This document shows positions 9,065 to 17,995 of a stretch of DNA of 64,000 nt, in pieces; positions within the stretch are counted from its first letter, which is position 1; each line of letters begins with the position of its first letter. The notes beneath the pieces are model-generated. The model was not told where the DNA came from and made no database searches. It saw nothing but the letters and a program-made list of their open reading frames with translations. Source of the stretch: an uncultured Pseudomonadota bacterium (GTDB lineage Bacteria; Pseudomonadota; Gammaproteobacteria; Steroidobacterales; Steroidobacteraceae); assembly GCA_963846605.1 (NCBI GenBank), contig CAWJWS010000007.1:342299-406298 (forward strand). The letters are read 5' to 3'. Made by a program: the position numbers and the translations under genes.

Positions 9065-9523
9065 ATGGAAAAAGCACGTCAGAATCTCCTGCTCGGTTTG
9101 TCATTGCTTCAACGGCGCCGTGAGGCGCGAGCCAGCGCTCCGGCGGGCGTGCATCGCCGCGTACTCATCGTTTCCGACGACCTGCCGGATGGCAAACATC
9201 TGGCGAGGCTGCTGCTGGCCAAGGGATATGAGCGCGTCCGCGTGGTTCGAAAGGCGACGAAAGCTCTCCTGCTGGCCCAGACGTTCGCGCCCAGCATCGT
9301 CTTCCTTGACGTCGCACTGCCCGAAGATGCCTATGAGCTCGCGAGCGCGCTGCGCCGGCAATCGGGCCAGGCTTCGCTTCGCATCATCGCGCTCACGAGC
9401 AGCATCGAGCATTCGACGCGCGATCAAGCCCGCGGCGCAGGCTTTGAGCGATGGCTCGTGACGCCCGTGGCCGAGAGCGAGCTCGACGGCCTGATGCGCA
9501 AGGAAGACCTGGCACCCGCATAG
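9065..9523 (+). CDS. Stand-alone receiver (REC) response regulator
   Basis: 152 aa. The acidic pocket VLIVSDD, the phospho-acceptor context IVFLDVALP, and the ALTS and K-region motifs are present. There is no output domain. Confidence 0.8.
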   Translation: MEKARQNLLLGLSLLQRRREARASAPAGVHRRVLIVSDDLPDGKHLARLLLAKGYERVRVVRKATKALLLAQTFAPSIVFLDVALPEDAYELASALRRQSGQASLRIIALTSSIEHSTRDQARGAGFERWLVTPVAESELDGLMRKEDLAPA

Positions 9524-9530
9524 CCGATTA

Positions 9531-10244
9531 CTACAGGCCCATTCCCGCGGGTTCCAGCGCCGGTGCGGCTCCAGCGCCTGCAGCCCTTGCCGGGGCGGCG
9601 AGCAGGTAGTGCCGGAACACGTCCGCGCAGATGTACATGACGTAGAAGGACACCACGGTGTCTGAAAAGAAATGCGCGCCGGACGACACTCGCGAGAACG
9701 AGACGATCGCGCCGAACGCCACTGCCGCCGCGAGATAGCGGCGGCGATGCGTGAGCGCCATGGCCAGCGCGATCGCGATGAACGCACCCGCCGAATCCCC
9801 CGACGAGAACGAGCAGTTGGTGCGGCATTGATTGCTGAGCACGAACGCGGGGGTGAATAGTTTGTCGCCGCCGAACTCCACGATGTCGCGCGGCCTGGCG
9901 CGTCCCACGTTGTTCTTGAACGCAACGTTGACGATGAGTCCGGCGCCGACGATGGCCACGATCAGCAGGTAGGCCACGCACCTGCCATTGACGCGGCATT
10001 GTCCGCGCTTCAGCAGCCGGTTGCGGACATAGATCACCAGCACGGCGGTGAACGACAGGCCGAGAAGGTACCCCAAGCCCTCCTTCAGCAGGTTCTGCCA
10101 CCACTGGTTCTGGAGGAACGAATCACCATCGTAGAACAGGCCGGAAATCTGCAGATCCACCGCGGGAAACATTGCCGCCAGCGAAGCGAACAGCAGGAAC
10201 GAGATCAACAGGACGCGACTGCGCGTCTGCCTCAGGTAGTTCAT
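9531..10244 (-). CDS. PAP2-family membrane phosphatase (lipid-phosphate/lipid A phosphatase-like)
   Basis: 237 aa and multi-TM. The PAP2 motifs are KNNVGRARPRD, SFSSGDS and SRVSSGAHFFSDT. It is divergent from the PEtN transferase. Confidence 0.85.
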   Translation of the reverse strand: MNYLRQTRSRVLLISFLLFASLAAMFPAVDLQISGLFYDGDSFLQNQWWQNLLKEGLGYLLGLSFTAVLVIYVRNRLLKRGQCRVNGRCVAYLLIVAIVGAGLIVNVAFKNNVGRARPRDIVEFGGDKLFTPAFVLSNQCRTNCSFSSGDSAGAFIAIALAMALTHRRRYLAAAVAFGAIVSFSRVSSGAHFFSDTVVSFYVMYICADVFRHYLLAAPARAAGAGAAPALEPAGMGL

Positions 10245-10398
10245 GAAGTACCGTCTCCCCGACGGCCTGCGAGGGTCGTTGGGGGTGAGACGTCATCGCC
10301 CGGCGTATCCCGTCGCGGGTCTTTCGCTATTTCCGACGGGGCTCGCAAGCGGGCATCAAGTGATGCCTGTCGCGGTTCTTGCCGGATATAGTTTGGGC

Positions 10399-11979
10399 AT
10401 GGATGTCTCCCGATTCCGGTACCGGATCTCGCACGCGTGGTTCTGCGTCGCTTTCCCGGTCGCGCTGTTCGTCGTCTGCAACGCGCTCAACATCGACAGG
10501 CTGGCGAAGTGGTTCCGCGAGGGGGATGCGCTGGACGTCTCGGCGCTGGCGGCGTACCTCGTGGCCGGACTGGCGCTGTTCATCTTCGTGTTCGCGCTGC
10601 TGGCGCATCGCTTCACGGTGAAACCGGTGGCGATCGTGCTCACCATCGTCAGCGCGGGGGCTACCTACTTCATCGCCAAGTACGGTGTGGCCATCGACAG
10701 CTCGATGATCCGCAACGCGATACATACCGATTCCAGGGAAGTGGGGCAGCTGCTGACGGCGCAGATGATTCCCTACCTCGTCTTCTTCATCCTGCTGCCG
10801 TTGCTGGCCATTCTCGCGGCGCAGATCACGTTCGCGCCTTCCGGGCGTTACCTGCTCGGCTCGCTCAAGGTGATCGGCCTGGCGCTCTGCGTGGCGTTCG
10901 CCTCGCTGTACTTCGAGTACCAGGCGATCTTTCGCGCCGGCAATGTCTCGAACAAGTACATCGTCTACTCGCTGGTGCCCATCAACCTCATCTCGGGTTC
11001 GGTCAGCGTGGCGAGCAAGGCGCTGAAGCCGTACTTCCGCACCCCGCAGAAGGACATCGAATTCTCGGCGAAGGTGAGTGCACCTCAGGACCTCGTGGTG
11101 GTCTTGGCCGTCGGTGAATCGTCACGGCGCAAGAACTTCAGCCTGTACGGCTACGAACGCCGGGACACCAATCCGGTGCTGGGTGGCATGAAGGATCTGC
11201 ATCTGCTGAACGCGGTCGCGACGCGCGCGTCGACGCTGTATGCGCTGCCGAAGATCCTGGAAAAGAACGGCATCAAGCTCACGACTGTGGTGTCCCGCGC
11301 CGGGATCCCGAGCGACTGCTATGTGAACTTCACGCTGTACGACAACTGCGCGGCCATCGGCGAAACCAAGGTGAGCCAGTGCGCGCACGGGGGCAAGTGC
11401 TACGACGAAGACGTGCTGCCGTTGCTGGCGAACAATCTCCGGACCTGGAAGGCAGGTCAGCGCTTCATCGTGTTGCACCTGGGCGGCGGCAGCCATGGCC
11501 CTGCGTATGGGGATCGCCATCCGCCCGAGTTCCTGAAGTTCGAGCCCCGCTGCGCTGACGCCGACGTGGTCAACCGGTGCACGCTCGAACAGCTCCACAA
11601 CTCGTACGACAACACCATCCTGTACGTGGACTACGTGGTGGGCGAGGCGATCAGGACGCTGGATGCGTCGGGCGTTCCGTACGTGTTCCTCTATCTATCG
11701 GATCACGGCGAGTCACTCATGGAAGATGGCCTGATCTTCCACGGCGTTCCTCCGGGGGTTGCGCTTCCCCCTGAGCAGGCGGACATCCCGTTGATCGTGA
11801 AGGCGTCGGTGCCGATCTCGGTCGAGCACCGCGCCGTGTATCAGCAGCCCGATGTCTTCGACACCGTGCTGAGCCTGTTCTCGATCCAGTCGCCCTCGTT
11901 CGACCAGGCGGGAAGCTTCATCACCCGCGCGGAAGCTACAGTCCCATCCCTCCCGACACCTCGATCCGCTGCGCGTTGA
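10399..11979 (+). CDS. eptA: Phosphoethanolamine--lipid A transferase (EptA/MCR family)
   Basis: Lies within ORF 10243..11979. Five N-terminal TM helices precede a sulfatase-like domain with LAVGESSRRKNFSLYGYERRDTNP, HLGGGSHGPAY, NSYDNTILYVDY and YLSDHGESL. The likely start is ATG 10399 (MDVSRFRYRIS). The last 44 nt overlap the convergent SDR. Confidence 0.9.
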   Translation: MDVSRFRYRISHAWFCVAFPVALFVVCNALNIDRLAKWFREGDALDVSALAAYLVAGLALFIFVFALLAHRFTVKPVAIVLTIVSAGATYFIAKYGVAIDSSMIRNAIHTDSREVGQLLTAQMIPYLVFFILLPLLAILAAQITFAPSGRYLLGSLKVIGLALCVAFASLYFEYQAIFRAGNVSNKYIVYSLVPINLISGSVSVASKALKPYFRTPQKDIEFSAKVSAPQDLVVVLAVGESSRRKNFSLYGYERRDTNPVLGGMKDLHLLNAVATRASTLYALPKILEKNGIKLTTVVSRAGIPSDCYVNFTLYDNCAAIGETKVSQCAHGGKCYDEDVLPLLANNLRTWKAGQRFIVLHLGGGSHGPAYGDRHPPEFLKFEPRCADADVVNRCTLEQLHNSYDNTILYVDYVVGEAIRTLDASGVPYVFLYLSDHGESLMEDGLIFHGVPPGVALPPEQADIPLIVKASVPISVEHRAVYQQPDVFDTVLSLFSIQSPSFDQAGSFITRAEATVPSLPTPRSAAR

Positions 11980-12718
11980 TCCAGCGGTTCTCGCTGGCCA
12001 CCAGCGAGGCGATCATCGGGCCGATGTCATCGGGCAACCCGACGCGGCCCAATGCCGTGTTCGCCGCCACGGTCTTGTGGAGTTCGGGGTTGTCGCGGAC
12101 GGCGCCGCCACCGAAGTCCGTGGCGATGGCGCCCGGTGCGACGACATTGACGCTGATGCCGCGCGGACCCAGCTCCTTCGCCATGTAGCGTGTCAGCACT
12201 TCGATGGCGCCTTTCATGGAGGCGTACGAGGCGCGCCCCGGATGCGTCATGCGCGTGAGGCCGGTAGATAGATTCACGATGCGCCCGCCATCGTTGATCA
12301 GGGGCAACAGTTTCTGCGTGAGGAAGAACACGCCCTTGAAGTGGACGTGGTAGAGGGCGTCGAGCTCGGCTTCGGCGGTCTCGTTGATGAGCGCGAAGTG
12401 CGACGTGCCCGCGTTGTTGACCAGGTAGTCGAAGCGCTCGACGCCAATCCTGGCGAGCGTCTCGCGGACGCGCGTGATGAAGCCGTTGAACTCGGCGGTG
12501 TTGCCGGTATCGAGCTGCAGCGCAAAGGCCGCGGCGCCCGCGTCGCGCGTGAGTGTCTCGACGGCGCGCGCTTCGGCGACGTTGGAGTGGTAAGTGAAGA
12601 TCGAGCGGACGCCGTGTTTCGCCAGCGCGAGCACAGTGCTGCGGCCCAGGCCGCGACTGCCGCCGGTGACGATGGCGATGGGTTTGAGGTTCGTGGGGTT
12701 CGAGAGGTTCGAGATCAT
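11936..12718 (-). CDS. SDR-family oxidoreductase
   Basis: 260 aa with TGGSRGLG, NNAG and YASMKGAIE (YxxxK). Confidence 0.9.
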   Translation of the reverse strand: MISNLSNPTNLKPIAIVTGGSRGLGRSTVLALAKHGVRSIFTYHSNVAEARAVETLTRDAGAAAFALQLDTGNTAEFNGFITRVRETLARIGVERFDYLVNNAGTSHFALINETAEAELDALYHVHFKGVFFLTQKLLPLINDGGRIVNLSTGLTRMTHPGRASYASMKGAIEVLTRYMAKELGPRGISVNVVAPGAIATDFGGGAVRDNPELHKTVAANTALGRVGLPDDIGPMIASLVASENRWINAQRIEVSGGMGL

Positions 12719-12808
12719 GGGGGGGGTTCTCCGGGTGAGTGATGGCGTGCCAGCAATCTATTGGGCCGCCCATAGTTGATAAACCCGCCGCTTCTCCAAC
12801 GACTGTTC

Positions 12809-13726
12809 ATGTGCTATGAACAATCCGTGAACCCTCTCGAGTCCATGCAGGTCTTCATGCGCGTCGCCGAACAGGCGAGCTTCACGCGCGCGGCCGAGAG
12901 CCTCGGCCTGCTCAAGGCCACCGTCTCGCAGTCCGTGCAACAGCTGGAGAACTCGCTGGGCACGCGTCTGCTTCATCGCACGACACGCAAGGTGCAGATG
13001 ACGCTCGACGGCCAGCTCTACTACGAGCGATGCAAGGAACTGCTGGCCGACGTCGAAAGCGTGCAGACCATGTTTCAGCGCAGCAGCGAGACTCTGCGCG
13101 GGCGCTTGCGCGTGGACATGCCGAGCCGGCTCGCGCGCAGCTACCTCATCCCCGCGCTACCCGCGTTCCTGCGCGCGCACCCGCAGCTCGAGTTCGAGCT
13201 GAGCACGACGGATCGACTGGTCGATGTCATCCAGGAAGGCTTCGATTGCGTGCTGCGCGTGGGCAGACCCCGCGATCCGCAGCTGATCGCACGGCCCGTG
13301 GGCGAGCTGAAGTTCATCAACGTCGCCAGCGCGGACTACGTGCGCCGCCGCGGGACACCACTCACGATCGAGGATCTCTCGCGCCACGACCTCATCCACT
13401 ACGTGCCCGTGCTCGGCAATCGCAGCGAAGGCTTCGAGTACCCCATCGAAGGCGGCTTCCGCCAGTTGCCGATGTCGGGCGGCATCCTGGTGAATTCCTC
13501 GGACGCCTATCACGCCGCCTGCCTGGCGGGCCTGGGGATCATCCAGTCGCCGGAGATTGGCGTGCGCGAAGAGATAGACAGCGGCGTCCTGGTGGAAGTG
13601 TTGCCACAATTCCGCCCGGAACCGATGCCAGTATCCCTGCTGTACGCACATCGAAGGAACTTGCCCAGGCGTGTGCGCGTCTTCATGGACTGGGTGGCGG
13701 AGACGCTCCAGCCCGTTCTCGCATAG
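12809..13726 (+). CDS. LysR-family transcriptional regulator
   Basis: Lies within ORF 12776..13726 (TTG). The HTH is LESMQVFMRVAEQASFTRAAESLGLLKATVSQSVQQLE, followed by a LysR substrate domain. It is divergent from the SDR. The start is uncertain: TTG 12776, ATG 12809 and GTG 12827 are all in frame. Confidence 0.85.
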   Translation: MCYEQSVNPLESMQVFMRVAEQASFTRAAESLGLLKATVSQSVQQLENSLGTRLLHRTTRKVQMTLDGQLYYERCKELLADVESVQTMFQRSSETLRGRLRVDMPSRLARSYLIPALPAFLRAHPQLEFELSTTDRLVDVIQEGFDCVLRVGRPRDPQLIARPVGELKFINVASADYVRRRGTPLTIEDLSRHDLIHYVPVLGNRSEGFEYPIEGGFRQLPMSGGILVNSSDAYHAACLAGLGIIQSPEIGVREEIDSGVLVEVLPQFRPEPMPVSLLYAHRRNLPRRVRVFMDWVAETLQPVLA

Positions 13727-13739
13727 GCTCAGGAAACTC

Positions 13740-14546
13740 ATGAACGAAAACATCAAATGGATTGCGGGTGCCGTGGCGGTCGTTGGACTGTCGATTGGCG
13801 CGGTGCTCTATCTCACGCACAAGGACAAGGCGGAGGAGCCGGCCAAGTCCACGGTGGCATTGCCGCCGCCGATGCCCGCGGAAGAACCACCCATCGAGCA
13901 TCCGATGCCGGAAGCCGCAACCGAGATGCCACTGCCGCCGCTGGCGGAGAGTGACGTGCCGATGCGCAATGCGCTCGCGGAACTCATCGGCAAGGAATCC
14001 GTGGAGGAATTCCTCGTGCCCGACGAGGTCATCCGCCACATCGTGGTGACCGTCGACAACCTGCCCGACGTGAAGGTGGCCGAGCGCATCCGCCCCGTGA
14101 AAAAGACGCCGGGGGAGTTCACGGTGGGTGGAACCGAAGATGCGCCGGTGCTCGACGAGACCAACTACCAGCGCTATGCCGCGTTCGTGAAGCTGCTGCA
14201 GACCGTGGATACGGCGGAGCTCGTGACTACCTACACGCGCTTCTATCCGCGTTTCCAGGAGGTTTACGAGAACCTTGGCCATCCGCCGCAGTACTTCAAT
14301 GACCGCCTGGTGCAGGTGATCGACCACCTGCTCGCGTCACCGGACGTGCAGGGCCCGATCACGCTGGCGCGCCCTGGCGTGCTCTACGAGTACGCGGACA
14401 AGAACCTCGAGCTGCGCTCCGCGGGGCAGAAAGTGCTGATCCGCATGGGTCCGGAAAATGCCGCGGCCGTGAAGGCCAAGCTGCGCGAACTGCGCGAGGC
14501 GATCGTCACGCAGTCCGCGGCCGCGAAGCCGGCGGCTGCCGGCTGA
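13740..14546 (+). CDS. N-terminally anchored periplasmic protein, DUF3014-like
   Basis: ATG 13740 (MNENIKWIAGAVAVVGLSIGAVLYL) is followed by a Pro/Glu-rich linker, then VVTVDNLPDVKVAERIRP...YPRFQEVYENLG. The ORF-track start at 13671 overlaps lysR. Confidence 0.7.
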   Translation: MNENIKWIAGAVAVVGLSIGAVLYLTHKDKAEEPAKSTVALPPPMPAEEPPIEHPMPEAATEMPLPPLAESDVPMRNALAELIGKESVEEFLVPDEVIRHIVVTVDNLPDVKVAERIRPVKKTPGEFTVGGTEDAPVLDETNYQRYAAFVKLLQTVDTAELVTTYTRFYPRFQEVYENLGHPPQYFNDRLVQVIDHLLASPDVQGPITLARPGVLYEYADKNLELRSAGQKVLIRMGPENAAAVKAKLRELREAIVTQSAAAKPAAAG

Positions 14547-14612
14547 TCCCTCGCCGGTCCCGGACCGCTACGTCCTCGTGGTGAGGTTCCCGGAGGGGTA
14601 GCATCGGCCCTC

Positions 14613-16448
14613 ATGGGCTTCACCTTCGAGGAACTTCAGCCGGGATTCCGGATCGGCGATTGCGTCGTCGAACCACGCGCGAATCGCATCCTGCGTGGCG
14701 AGGCCGAAGTCCGGCTCGAGCCGAAAGTCATGGACGTGCTGGTGTGCCTGGCGTCGCATGCCGGTGAAGTCGTCTCGCGCGATACGCTGAATGCGCAGGT
14801 GTGGCGGGACGTGGTGGTCACCGACCAGGCGGTGACCAACTGCATCTCCGGGCTGCGACAGCACCTCGGTGACGATCGCGGCGCGAATCGCGTCATCGAA
14901 ACCATCCCCAAGCGCGGCTACCGGCTGGTGGCACCGGTCCAGCTGCTGGCGCCCGCTGCCATGTCCGAAGCCGCGCCGTCGAAGCCGCCGCGGCGCTTCG
15001 CCGCGATGGCGGTGGTCACGGCCCTCATCATCCTGGCCACGGGCTGGTGGTACTGGACCCGCACGGCGACGCCCGGGCTCACGAGCATCGCCGTGGCGCG
15101 CTTCGAAAATGCCGCGGGCGACGAATCGCTGGGCTACCTGGGACTGGCGCTGCCCGACGAGATCGCCACGCTGCTCACCAAGTCCCGCGGTCTTGCCGTT
15201 CGTCCGCTCTCGCAAGTCGACACCGCGGATCCGGTGGCGGCCGCGCGTGCGCGCGGGGTGGATCACATCGTGACTGGCCGCTACTACCTCGAGGACAAGG
15301 AGCAGATCACGCTGGCCATCGAGGCGCAGCACCTGTCCCAGGAGCGCGTGATCTGGCGGACCCGCATCACGGCGCCGGCCGGCGACCTGCTGGCGCTGCG
15401 GGCGCGCATCGCCGATGGAGTGCAGCACGGGTTGTTGCCGGCGCTCGGCGCGCACGCGGTGACGCCCGGAACCACGCCGGTGCATGCCGAGGCCTATCGC
15501 CTCTATCTACGCAGCCTCGAGTTGCCGCAGCAACCCAGAGCCACGGACCGCGCGGTCGAGATGCTGGAGCGTGCGGTCACGCTCGAACCGCAGTTCGCGC
15601 CGGCATGGCATGCGCTGGGCATTCGCTATTACGCCTTGTGGAACTGGCACGAAGGAGGGCCGGAGGCGCGTGTGAAATCGCTGGCGGCGCATCGCCGCGC
15701 ACTGGAACTCGACCCCGATCTCCTATCCGCCGCCCGCAGCATCGTGTCCTATCGTGCCGAGAGCGGTGACCTCGGAACCGCGTACCAGGAAGCGCGGCGC
15801 CTGTTCGATCACGTCGGCCCGAGCACCGACACGCATTTCTCGCTGGCGTACACCTACCGGTATGGCGGCATGCTGGACGCCGCGCAGCGCCAATGTGAGC
15901 TGGCGTTCGCGCTCGACCCGCAGGATCCGCGCCTGCGCTCCTGCGCCTACGCCTATCTATATGCCGGCAAGCTCCCGCGCGTCGTGGATTTCCTGAAGCT
16001 CGACGAGGGCTCCTACTTCGTGCACTGGGGCATGGTGTTGTACTACCTGCGGCTCGATGATCGCGAGGCGGCGCTGCGTGCCACGCGCCTCGCGGAATCC
16101 GAACCCACGCGAGGCCTCATGGAGCCTTGCCTCGAGGGCGTGCAGGGAGCCGCGCTGGACCAGCCCGTGGCCGAGTTCGTGCGTCACTGGCAGCAAAGCG
16201 AGGACCCGGAAACTCCCTACGCGGTGGCGCCCATGCTGGTCTACTGCGGCCGGGTTCCCGAAGGGCTGCGCATGCTCGATCGCGCGGTGGACCTGGGCTT
16301 TTGCGCGTTCCCGGCGGTGGACCAGGACCCGATCTGGGCGAAGTTGCGCGGCGACGCCGAGTTCCAGCGCATCCGCGCGAAAGCGCAGGCCTGTCACGAG
16401 CGGTTCCGCCGCGCGGTCGAGGCCCAGGACGCCGCCTCACGCGGGTGA
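14613..16448 (+). CDS. Winged-helix (CadC-type) regulator with TM segment and TPR domain; paralogue of the gene at 1-1919
   Basis: 611 aa. The N-terminus is RLEPKVMDVLVCLASHAGEVVSRDTLNAQVW...ETIPKRGYRLV, the TM segment is MAVVTALIILATGWWYW, and this is followed by IAVARFENAAGD and TPR-like repeats. Confidence 0.85.
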   Translation: MGFTFEELQPGFRIGDCVVEPRANRILRGEAEVRLEPKVMDVLVCLASHAGEVVSRDTLNAQVWRDVVVTDQAVTNCISGLRQHLGDDRGANRVIETIPKRGYRLVAPVQLLAPAAMSEAAPSKPPRRFAAMAVVTALIILATGWWYWTRTATPGLTSIAVARFENAAGDESLGYLGLALPDEIATLLTKSRGLAVRPLSQVDTADPVAAARARGVDHIVTGRYYLEDKEQITLAIEAQHLSQERVIWRTRITAPAGDLLALRARIADGVQHGLLPALGAHAVTPGTTPVHAEAYRLYLRSLELPQQPRATDRAVEMLERAVTLEPQFAPAWHALGIRYYALWNWHEGGPEARVKSLAAHRRALELDPDLLSAARSIVSYRAESGDLGTAYQEARRLFDHVGPSTDTHFSLAYTYRYGGMLDAAQRQCELAFALDPQDPRLRSCAYAYLYAGKLPRVVDFLKLDEGSYFVHWGMVLYYLRLDDREAALRATRLAESEPTRGLMEPCLEGVQGAALDQPVAEFVRHWQQSEDPETPYAVAPMLVYCGRVPEGLRMLDRAVDLGFCAFPAVDQDPIWAKLRGDAEFQRIRAKAQACHERFRRAVEAQDAASRG

Positions 16449-16452
16449 GCGT

Positions 16453-17271
16453 CTAACTTTTCGCTTCGCGCAGCGGCTTGCTCCTCTTTCCGGGCCGCGG
16501 CAGCAGCGCCGGGACCTCCTGCTGGTACCGTCGATACGGCTCGCCGATGTGCTCGACGAGATCGCGTTCCTCGTAGCGCATGGCGACCAGGATGTAGCCG
16601 CTCATGACCACGGCGAACAGCAGGTGGCCGGCCGTCATGGTGGGCGTGCCCCAGAAGATCAGCAGCCAGCCCACGTACAGCGGGTGCCGGACGATCCTGT
16701 ACAGCCACGGCGTCACGAAGGCGGGCGCGCGCAGCGCGCGGCCGACCAGCGTGTTCCAGCCTTGCTGAAGTCCGAACAATTCGAAGTGATCGATGAGGAA
16801 CGTGGCCCAGAGCAGGATGACGACGCCCAGGCCCATCACCGACCATCCGGCAGCCACGGCCAAACTACTCTCGGCGTGCCACAGCACCGGCATCGGAATG
16901 GGCCGCCACTGCCAGAGCAGCAGTGCCAGCACCACGCTCGAGAGCAGCACGTAGACGCTGCGTTCCAGTTCCTTCGGGACGATGCGAGTCCAGGCTTGTT
17001 TGAACGCTGGCCTGGCCATGACCGAGTGCTGCAGGCCGAATAGCGCCATCAGCCCGAGGTCAATCGCGAGAGCGGCAGCCGGCGAGCCCATGTCGCGCCC
17101 ATAGTCGATGGACAGCGGCACGATAACGCTGATCCACGGCCACTTTTCCGCCAGCACCGTTCCCTGCAGGTTGCCGAGGAAGGCGAGCAGGTAGAGGAAC
17201 ACGACCAGGAAAACGGCGTAACAGATAAGGGAAAACAGGAACGCCGTGGTGCGAAACAGGCTCGCCGGCAT
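16453..17271 (-). CDS. Membrane methyltransferase of the ICMT/PEMT-like family (MddA-like methanethiol S-methyltransferase candidate)
   Basis: 272 aa and multi-TM, with LFGLQHSVMARPAFK and the C-terminal RIVRHPLYVGWLLIFWG...YEERDL motif. Confidence 0.7.
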   Translation of the reverse strand: MPASLFRTTAFLFSLICYAVFLVVFLYLLAFLGNLQGTVLAEKWPWISVIVPLSIDYGRDMGSPAAALAIDLGLMALFGLQHSVMARPAFKQAWTRIVPKELERSVYVLLSSVVLALLLWQWRPIPMPVLWHAESSLAVAAGWSVMGLGVVILLWATFLIDHFELFGLQQGWNTLVGRALRAPAFVTPWLYRIVRHPLYVGWLLIFWGTPTMTAGHLLFAVVMSGYILVAMRYEERDLVEHIGEPYRRYQQEVPALLPRPGKRSKPLREAKS

Positions 17272-17274
17272 GAC

Positions 17275-17853
17275 TCAGCCCTCCTTGCCGTCGAAGGATT
17301 CGCAGGACACGTCGGTGTGCCAGTTCACGAACGCTCCGGTGGAGTTGGGTTTCCACGCCCACACGTGCAGCGTGTAGAACGCGGGCAATCCGTAGCGGTT
17401 CGGGCTCTCGATGAGGTGCATGAGCTGCCCCATCACCTTCGGCGTGTCGGTGTTCGCGGCATGCCAGGAGTCCTTGAAGACGAGGAAGTCGGCGCCCACC
17501 AGTCGCCGGCCGCCATTGGGCAGCGGTTCGTAGATGACGATTTCGGGCTTGCCGGGGTCCAGCGTGGGATCGCCCACCAACTGGAGATTCACGTAGTGCA
17601 GGCCCATTGCTCCATCGTCCGGGCCGCTCACGCAGCCGAACATCAGGAAATAACCCTCGGACTCCGCTTGCCGCACATCCTGGAAACGCTTGGTGGCGTC
17701 GCGCACGGTGCGGACCAGCTCACCGGTGTGGGGCCGGAGCTTCTCCGCGTGCTGATGTACGCCATCTCCCAAGGCCTGGCGCGGAAACGCTATCGCCAAT
17801 CCCAACGCGGCTGCCGTCAGGGACGCTGCCAAGACCATCGCTTTGCTCTTCAT
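17275..17853 (-). CDS. Secreted protein, unknown function
   Basis: 192 aa with the signal peptide MKSKAMVLAASLTAAALGLAIA. It sits 3 nt upstream of the methyltransferase and is probably co-transcribed with it. Confidence 0.65.
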   Translation of the reverse strand: MKSKAMVLAASLTAAALGLAIAFPRQALGDGVHQHAEKLRPHTGELVRTVRDATKRFQDVRQAESEGYFLMFGCVSGPDDGAMGLHYVNLQLVGDPTLDPGKPEIVIYEPLPNGGRRLVGADFLVFKDSWHAANTDTPKVMGQLMHLIESPNRYGLPAFYTLHVWAWKPNSTGAFVNWHTDVSCESFDGKEG

Positions 17854-17995
17854 GACCGTGATCCTCCTGTTGTCACCGGGCGGGAGAACGACTCATTCGT
17901 TCCCCTCGCCAGCGACTACAGCGTCACGGTCCCGTTGCCGTCCTCAGGAACAGCTCCGGAAGGGCTCCGGATTTGCTCAGGAGCCTCCGATTGCT

